Positions 33,698 to 41,551 of a stretch of DNA of 41,551 nucleotides are shown here, one piece after another (position 1 is the first letter of the stretch; every line of letters starts with the position of its first letter). This DNA is from Balamuthia mandrillaris (Eukaryota), in assembly GCA_031835245.2 (NCBI GenBank), contig JAVKOQ020000007.1, positions 434,001-475,551 of the forward strand, written 5' to 3'. Under the pieces are notes generated by a model. The model saw only the letters and a list, made by a program, of their open reading frames with translations. It did not search any database and was not told the origin of the DNA. A program made the position numbers and the translations under genes.

Positions 33698-35511
33698 TTA
33701 GCGGAATCGCCAGACTTTCCGGTCGGGTTGGTTCACCAGATAGCCATTGTGGAAATCCACAGCCCTCATCCTGTTCTTCTTCCAAAACTGAAGTGCTGAG
33801 CAGGCAATCCACTGTCTTGCTAGCCTTTGTTTCCAAGTTTCATCAGCATCATCTCCGTCTTTGGATGAATGTACGGAGGAGGAAGGAGAGGATGAGGACG
33901 ATGTAGAATAACTTTCATCACTTGCATCTTCATCATCATCATTTGAATAACAGCACTTAATCCACAACACTTGGTTCTTTTTGTCATACCGAATGCTTCC
34001 TACTGGCTCTCCTTCTTCCTCTTTTTTGTTCTTTGGAAGAAGGAACTTTGGTGGAGGCAACTCTCGTTGTTTTTGTTCTTCTTCATTATTCCAATCGAAG
34101 GAACGTGCATAGCCGAATGGCGGCAACACTTCATTCAACCGTAACGTCTGATCCTGAAACGAGGTGCAAATGCCCACCGTATCTCCGAAAGCCCTCCACT
34201 TGGTAAAGAGCTCGAAAGAGTCGCGGAGCCGTGCTTCGCCTTCCCAACTGATCACTCCCATGTTGGGGTTTATCTTGGGTGCTTTGGTGGTTTGTTCTTG
34301 TTGTGAAAGGGCCTGAGGGAGGAGGCGGTGGTAGTCTGATAGTGTGGAGAGAACATTGGTGGCGCCTAGTGCCGCTAGTTCATTGGATAGACTGATGTAT
34401 GTGCTGTAAGGATCTACCACCTTCTCTTGAATAAGAAACCGAAAGAAAGAAGAAAACTTAAGAAGAGAACCTTTTTGACTTGTTTGAGGATGCGCCCGGC
34501 GTCAAAGACTCTATCGTGCAACTCAATGATTGAGACCCCGCATTCCTTGTCGTTGTTTAGGATGGTGTGGTAGATAGGCGCCGCTCCTCTATACCTATTG
34601 TAATGCCGTTTTGTTTGTATGCAAAAGAAGAACGACGACGGGATGAGGGATGCAGAAAGAGGAATGAAAGTAACTCACTTTGGAAGCAAGGAAGGATGCA
34701 TGTTAATGCCACCAAAGGGTAGAGCATGCAGCAGCGACCGCGGGAGGAAGTGGCCATAAGACACGACGACCGCGATATCAAAGCTATCGTCCCTCCTCTT
34801 AGGGGCGAAGGCGTCTATGCTGTTGCCTTCTTCATTGCTTCTGGTGTTTTGTGAGACGATCGGCGTGGGCACCTTTGTTCATAGTTATGAAGGAGCGAGA
34901 TGCAGAAGCGTAGGCATAGAGAGAGAGAGAGAGAGAACAACATAAGAAAGAACAACACAAAGAAGAGAGCAGTGAGAAGAGAAAGAACAAACTTGCCACT
35001 GTTTGAGATCTGTGGGTTGATGGATGCGCAAGCCATGTTTCAGAGCATACTTTTTCACTATTGTTTTTTGAGAGAGTGAGTGAGTGAGTGAGAGTGAGAG
35101 TGAGAGAGAGCTCCCTCAATGCTTTCTTCCAGAAGAAAAAGAGAAAGAAGGGAGAGAAATAGCAACCAGGAACAAGACCGGCTTTGTCAGGCGGACACAC
35201 AACTTCCAGATGAGAAACCACGGCAGCGGATCCCTTTTCTTCGCTCACATACGTTTTAAAAAAACAAACCACAACCATACCTCTCACCAAAAAAAAAAAA
35301 AAGGATGAAAAGGCCGGTTACTTTGTTCTTCATGCAACGCGCTCAACGTTTTGAGCGAGATGTCGTCCGTCCCGAAGAAAAGCACCCTCCAAGGAGGCGG
35401 TGGTTGAGAAGTACGTGCAACAGCAGCTCGTGAACATAACCACCTGCACGCTGTCTTTCGCTTCGCAGCGACAGAGACGACGGCAGAGCGGCGACCACGC
35501 GGACGAAACAT
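33698..35511 (-). CDS. MTFMT: Mitochondrial methionyl-tRNA formyltransferase, 6 exons
   Basis: Arg-rich presequence, then [57 protein letters not shown] and FDAGRIL (Fmt formyltransferase motifs). Confidence 0.93.
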
Positions 35512-35865
35512 CTCTCTCTTGTCCTTTGCAACTTTCTTCTCCTGGACCAGAGAGAGGACATGAGATCGCATAATATTTTGTCGACATATATTATTGTCGA
35601 CAAACTATTCGCAGAATAATCGATGATAAACTTTTTCTGCCAACCAATAATTTCGTGGCACATTAAAAAAAAATCGCATTCACGGAAACCTCTTCAGCAG
35701 ACAAGCAATGAGGCAGAAAACAGAAAGGAGTTTCCAATAACAACAACAAAAGCACACCTGGCACCACACTCCAACTATAACTACTCCACACACGATAAAC
35801 AACAAAAACACTGAAACAACAAAAACCAAACCAAACCACATCATACACGTAGCATAACTGTGGCC
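35512..35865. promoter_or_regulatory. Probable bidirectional promoter between MTFMT and the AN1 zinc-finger gene
   Basis: Head-to-head starts about 354 bp apart; tandem TTGTCGACAT (35578-35587) and TTGTCGACAA (35594-35603). Confidence 0.5.
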
Positions 35866-36384
35866 ATGGAGTTTCCAGATCTAGGAAAACACTGCTCCAA
35901 GGCAGAGTGCAAACAATTGGACTTTCTTCCCTTCAAATGCGAGCACTGCGCGGAGACCTTTTGCCTGGAGCACCGCAGGCACTGGCAGCATGACTGTCCG
36001 AGCTTCCAGGAGACGGACGTGCGCGCCCCCGTCTGTCCGCTTTGCTCCCAGCCAGTAGATGGCTTCCGCAGAGGAGGAGGCACCGCGAACAATTTGGACC
36101 AGCTCATAAACCAACACATCGAAGGAGGCTGCAAGTCGGCGGTGCAGGAGCGGAGAAGGCAAAAGCGGTGCGAGGTGAGGGGCTGTAAAGTGGTGGAGCT
36201 GATGCCGGTTCATTGCAGCAAGTGCCAGAGGCAGTACTGCCTGCGGCACCGGTTGGCGGAGGATCACAAGTGCCAGGACGTCCTTCGGCGGCAGCGGGAG
36301 AGGGCTTTGCGAAAGAGCATGAAGCAACTTCGGTTGGAGGCACAGTCACATGGTTCCTCCACAAAAGTTTCTGTACAAAATTGA
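35866..36384 (+). CDS. Double AN1-type zinc-finger protein (ZFAND2/AIRAP-like), intronless, 172 aa
   Basis: MEFPDLGKHCSKAECKQLDFLPFKCEHC..FCLEHR..HDC..VCPLC..HIEGGC..C..C..CSKC..YCLRHR..DHKC. Confidence 0.92.
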   Translation: MEFPDLGKHCSKAECKQLDFLPFKCEHCAETFCLEHRRHWQHDCPSFQETDVRAPVCPLCSQPVDGFRRGGGTANNLDQLINQHIEGGCKSAVQERRRQKRCEVRGCKVVELMPVHCSKCQRQYCLRHRLAEDHKCQDVLRRQRERALRKSMKQLRLEAQSHGSSTKVSVQN

Positions 36385-36896
36385 AAGAGTGATGCATAAA
36401 GCTCTTGTAACAAAAAAAAACAAACTGTGATTTCTCTTTGCGCAACGACTTTCTTCTGCTTTTTATCCATGTCGTCACGGATAACGTCGACAAACTGTGA
36501 CATTTACCTTTTATACATGCCTGACGTAACCACTTTTACCAAAAAAGGTAACTTGACTCATTTTTTCACTAAAAATGGAAACCAAAAAATTAAAAATTAA
36601 AAGCAGGAGGGAAATCGACGCAAGAAAGGATAACCCGCGGGAGGAGAGAAAGGGGTGTAGTCAGCTTTTGTGGTGGTGTGTACCACTCCTTGTAATTGAT
36701 TCGCATTTTTTTTAATTTTTATATTTGACCTGCTTTTTTCTTTCTTTCTTTTCTTTTCTTTGCAGAAAAGGCCGAATGCGGAATAGGCTCCATCGTGCTC
36801 CGTCTTTGTTTGTCGGTTTGTCAGGAGTTGTTCTGGTAATTCTTCGAGAGGCGGAAACAACGAAGAAAGAAGAAACAAAGTCGGGTGCTGCCAACC

Positions 36897-37956
36897 ATGT
36901 CTTCCTTCAATGAGTCCCGGATGACGGAGCGTTACCCCTTGCTCGCCTTGCACGACGAGGAGGAGGAGGAGCAGGAGGAGGAAGAAGAGGACGAAGAGCC
37001 AGAAGACGACTCCACCGCGCTCGCGCAACAACGGCCTGGTCAGACAGCTCGTGGCAAGCGCCGCCAAAGACGTAGCCCAGGCAGGTCCTCCTTCACGAGC
37101 TCCGCTCCTCCCTCCACGGCGGGCTCCTGGGACCCCTCCGCTGCCCCACACCTTCTGGACGAGCCCAACCAAGGGCAACGACGCACCCAACCGCTGCCAG
37201 CACCCCTTCACAAGCGACACACGGAGCATGCGCTAGGCAGGAAAAAAGCAAGCCACACCTCCACCCCCTCCCCCAGGAAGAGCAACACGTACAACCTCTC
37301 TCGGCGCACTCGCTCCAGCGGCGGGCTGCAACGCGGTCGACAGAAACGACTGCAACAGTCGCATCCCAATCTTACGGGCGGAGGAGACAAGAGAAAGGTG
37401 AACGCGGAGGAAGGAGGAGGGGAGGGCGAGGAGATCAAGGAAGAAGATGAGGACAAACACAGGAGGAAGGAGGAGAAGAGTGGGAAGGAGAGCGAGAGCG
37501 ACGCTGAGAAGAGAAGATCGGCCTACGAGGAGTTGCTTGCTCTAGGAGGGTTCAAGTCCAGTAAAGACGCTTACGCACAACAACCGGCCTTTGTTCCTTC
37601 GACAAGAAAGGAGCCAGACCTGCTTGCACAAACGCTCCAAAGGTTACTTACCCTGTTCCGTCGACCCCGTATGACTCTCAAGGACACGATGCTGCTGAGC
37701 CCATGGCAAAAGTGGAAAAAGTACAATCGAGTGCCATGGAAGATCTTCCTGCACCTGTTCATGTTCTTGGTGGTGGTGGTGCAAGTTCTACTCATTTACG
37801 TGGAGACCTCTCAGTACTTTTATGCCAATCAGCGGGTCTTTCACAAAGTCTTTTTGGGAGTCGACTCAGACACGTTTAGACAGGAACTCTATACTATTGA
37901 CGATACTCTCGAGCATATTAGCACCACTGTCCTAAATGTACCTTCCTTCCCTCCTC

Positions 37957-37988
<32 letters not shown>

Positions 37989-38516
37989 GTTGTATAACTT
38001 TTTATTAACGTTGATGGTGTTACCAGTACTATAATGTAGATAACATAACAGCAGATAAGTATCCGCACGTGTTAACAACGTCGGATGGGACGAAAGCAAG
38101 AGCACAAGGCCTTCTCATACCATTAGAAGAGATATATGGTCGCAGCAGCAACGACAGCGACGACACTGATAAGACTATTCAGCCAGTGGATATGGAGCTG
38201 ATTCTTTACGAGCGCGACTTTTATAACTTCAACACCAGCGAGCCTTATGGATGGACCTTGGCCACCGATGATGTGGAAACAGAAGAGGAGGAGTATGAGC
38301 TGACGCTAGAAAACCCGTTGGGACCCTTTGGAACGAGCAACGAGTCGGCGGTGCAGGCGCTCTTTCATCGCGTGGTAGAGATTAAGTTAAAGTTTTCTTT
38401 GTACAATCTTGATATTGGAAGTCTTGGCCCTGTTCCTTTTCTTTGGAGCATTGAGGTATTTTCATTTGTTATTCCTCTCTCCCTTCCTCTCTCTCTCTCT
38501 CTCTCCCTCTATCTCT

Positions 38517-38547
<31 letters not shown>

Positions 38548-39946
38548 CCTCTCTTGGCTCTTAGGTAACGAATTATTATACCCTCAAAAGCAAACCTACT
38601 CAAAGACAAGTGGTTTCGTGCTAGCAAATCTGGTTGCCACAAAGCGAGTCTTTTATAGTGAGGCCAAAGGTTTCTTCTTCTTCTTTTTGTGTTATTCTTC
38701 TTCGATAGCAGACTATTAAAAGAACTCAAATGTAATAGGTCTAAATCCACAAATCCTTTTCACTATCTTTAACTGCCTTACTTTTGGTCTGGCTATGCTA
38801 TCGGCACTGCTGGATTGCAAGAGTTGTATATCTAGATATAAGTTATACCGAGTAAGCACTTCCGTTCTCTTCTTATTTTTCTTTCTTTTTCTTTTCTTTT
38901 CTTTTCTTTTCTTTTCTTTTCTTTTCTTTTCTTTTCTTTTCTTTTCTTTTCTTTTCTTTTTGGATGCCGTCCTCTTCCTTCTCTTAAGGTGAACACGCAC
39001 CACAGATGGCAAAACGGCAATACCTTGCAATTCCAGAAGAGACCAGGAAGGACGAGGGCTATCCCAAATGGAGCGAATTATCATTCTTTGATACAAAAGC
39101 CCAGTTTTTCAGTTTATGGTGCAACATTTACACTTTCTTCTTTGTTTCATAAATCCTAATGTGTTTTCTATAAAATAGGGTTGTATTTATGATTTTTACA
39201 TCTTGTTGCTTGATGACTGCTTCAGTGCTTGGCATTTTTGAGGAACTGGGTAAACTTTCCAATATATACTATCAGCTCTTTCAAGTACTGTGCCCCCACC
39301 ACGTTTTGAACATCCAGTTTTATTTATTTCTCTTCTTCCGGAATTTTTGTCTGTTATCAGGGATTAGGAGCATTAGGGGTTGCTGTGAACATACTTCGAT
39401 ATTTGGAATACGGACAAAACTTTTATACTCTCATTCTTTCTTTGCAGTATGTTTCTCTCTTCTCTCCTCTCTCCTCCTCTCTCTTACAACAATTTATTGT
39501 TATCCTACAGACTATCGGCGCCTCGTATTGCCCGTTTCATCATATCTGCATTTCCCATCTTCTTTGGGTTCATGTTAATGGGCATCATCATGTTTTCTCC
39601 ATATTCTTCTCGTTTTCAAGACTTCACTTCGACCGGTGTTACATTGTTCTCTTTGCTCAACGGAGATGAAATTCGATGTAACGCTTCGCTCTCTCTCTCT
39701 CTCTCTCTCTCCCTCTTCTCCTCCTCCCATTAGTTATTTCTTCCTTTATTATTTCTCATGGCAACAAAACATTTTAACAACAGCAACTTTTGAGGAATTG
39801 GGGGTGACATATCCTATCAGAACTTTGCCAACTATATATCTCTATGTTTTTGTCGGTCTATTTATCACTGCCATTTTGAACATATTTATTTTCATTATTG
39901 AGGATAGCTATCACGCTGCCAAAGCGGTTCGTATTTCTTCCTCGCG

Positions 39947-40001
<55 letters not shown>

Positions 40002-41357
40002 TCATATACTGATATCACACTTGAACAAACATTCAGTCACAGAGAGCCAATCAGTTAAAGCGGCTTAAAGGAACGAGTGATGGCACCGTGTCCATTAGAG
40101 AACCTTTGTTCTCACAAAGAGATACACAGGATGTGGGAACAACCGGTGGATCCAACGCAGAGCGATTCGATATCTTTAGATTGTTTGAAATCTTAGAGGT
40201 TTGTTTATCCTCTTTTTAACGAACTGAAGAGCAAAGGTACTCATTTTTTCAATTAAATGAAACAGAGAGAATACAATGTGGACGAATCAGATGAAGAGGA
40301 GGACGATGATGAGGACGATGATTATGTTGACAGCGATGCTGACGAGCCTACCTCCGAAGATGGTACCATACTTAGTAGCACTGAAAAAGACAAACAAGAT
40401 GAAGCAGATACTGGTGCTCAACCACCACAGAAACAAGAACAATCGCAACAAGGAGAAGAAGAAGAAGAAGAGGAAGAAGAGGAGTCAGAGAAAGACAAAG
40501 AAAAACCACAGCGGCCAACACTCGTTGTTTCTCCTTCTGGGGGTGGCTTTTTCGATGTTCAACCTCATGGCAACATCAACTCGGATCCTATCTCTCTTCC
40601 CGTCAGACCAAGATACACACAACCTCCTCCCTCCATTGGGAAAGGTGGCGTTGATCCCAGAAGACGACCGTCTTCCACTACCGGTGTAACCACAACTGCT
40701 TCCTCCACGAGCACCGCTTCCGCCTCTGGAGACGATACCATTACGCCTTTGGCCGCCACGGTAGAGGAGCGCAATCGCATCATCCGCATGAAGCAGAGAG
40801 AGATGGAGGAGATTCGGAGGATACGAGAACGTATCCGGCAAATGCAGAAAGAGAAGGAGAACATGGAGAGAGCTGCTGCTGGCAGCAGCGGCAGATTCTT
40901 GCAAATCAGAGAAGAAGGAGGAAGTGGCAACATTGATTCCAGGAGGTACTCTGGCGATGCGACTTCTCCCATGGAGAGGAACCTTATGGATATCGACCTG
41001 AAGATAACGTACAAGAAGCTTAAGAAGGACATGCAGGAAATCATTATCAGCAACCAAAAGGAGTTTGAGAAGGAGGTCACGTCGGCCATTGCAGCTGTGA
41101 AGCAAAAGCATGATGCCAAGTTGCAGCGAAAACTGCGGAAGCAAGTCAAGAAGTCATTCCATCACCTCTCTCCTTCCTCCATTCCGTTACCTTCTCAACC
41201 CACTCAAACTACCACTCGAGTCGCTCGTGCTGCTTCTCCTGCTTCTTCTTCTGCTGGAGCTTCCGCCTCTGCTTCTTCCTCTTCCTCGACGCCCACAACC
41301 AATAACAACAACGGCAACAACGGCAACAACAACAATAACGCGGCAAACATGGTTTAA
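36897..41357 (+). CDS. MCOLN: Mucolipin (TRPML) lysosomal cation channel, multi-exon, with long N- and C-terminal extensions
   Basis: LSPWQKWKKYNRVPWKIFLH (pre-S1); large luminal loop; ILRYLEY..FYTLILSL..APRIARF; pore LFSLLNGDEI; S6 YLYVFVGLFITAILNIFIFIIEDSY. Confidence 0.93.
38877..38961 (+). repeat. (CTTTT)n pentamer microsatellite in a mucolipin intron
   Basis: Directly visible. Confidence 0.9.
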
Positions 41358-41449
41358 TGTCGTCAGAGAAAAAAAACAAAACAAAATGGCACCTCTCTTC
41401 ACGAGAGAACAGAGCACCCCTCTGTTATTTCCCAACCCGCTTGTTCCCG

Positions 41450-41501
<52 letters not shown>

Positions 41502-41551
41502 CTTGGGGTGTGAAATGCAAGGCTTCACTTTCAAAAAAAAAATCCGATAGA

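Noticed and set aside
1..41551. Transposons, rRNA, CRISPR arrays
   Set aside because: No transposase, reverse transcriptase or integrase motifs, terminal repeats, rRNA-like sequence or repeat-spacer arrays were seen.

Overview
Gene-dense (about 18 genes in 41.5 kb), intron-rich eukaryotic nuclear DNA, most likely from an amoebozoan. The evidence is a Wariai-type homeobox-ankyrin gene, a class C GPCR and short introns full of (CT)n repeats. An Acanthamoeba/Balamuthia-like amoeba is my inference, not something established here. Most of the supplied ORF track reads through introns or the antisense strand, so I rebuilt the gene models by hand from GT-AG junctions. In order, the genes are: a 5'-truncated alpha2delta/CACHD1-type ectodomain (VWA_N-VWA-dCache-dCache) fused to a class C GPCR 7TM; an intronless orphan; USO1/p115; an LPPPP-repeat/IQ/WH2-like/RPEL-like actin regulator; POP5; an EF-hand protein; ATP23; an acidic LRR-like protein; peptide deformylase; a Reb1/TTF1/DMTF1-type Myb protein; an Mpv17/PMP22 protein; an RFX protein; a single-PPR protein; SYF2; a warA-like gene; methionyl-tRNA formyltransferase; an AN1 zinc-finger protein; and mucolipin. 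The leading candidate for a novel system is the alpha2delta/CACHD1-GPCR fusion receptor. Other notable points are the linkage of fmt and def within a run of mitochondrial genes, a probable same-strand overlap between the Myb and PDF genes, a multi-motif actin regulator, an unusual intron layout, and a recurring promoter palindrome (TTGTCGACAA). All identifications are by motif recognition; no database searches were run.
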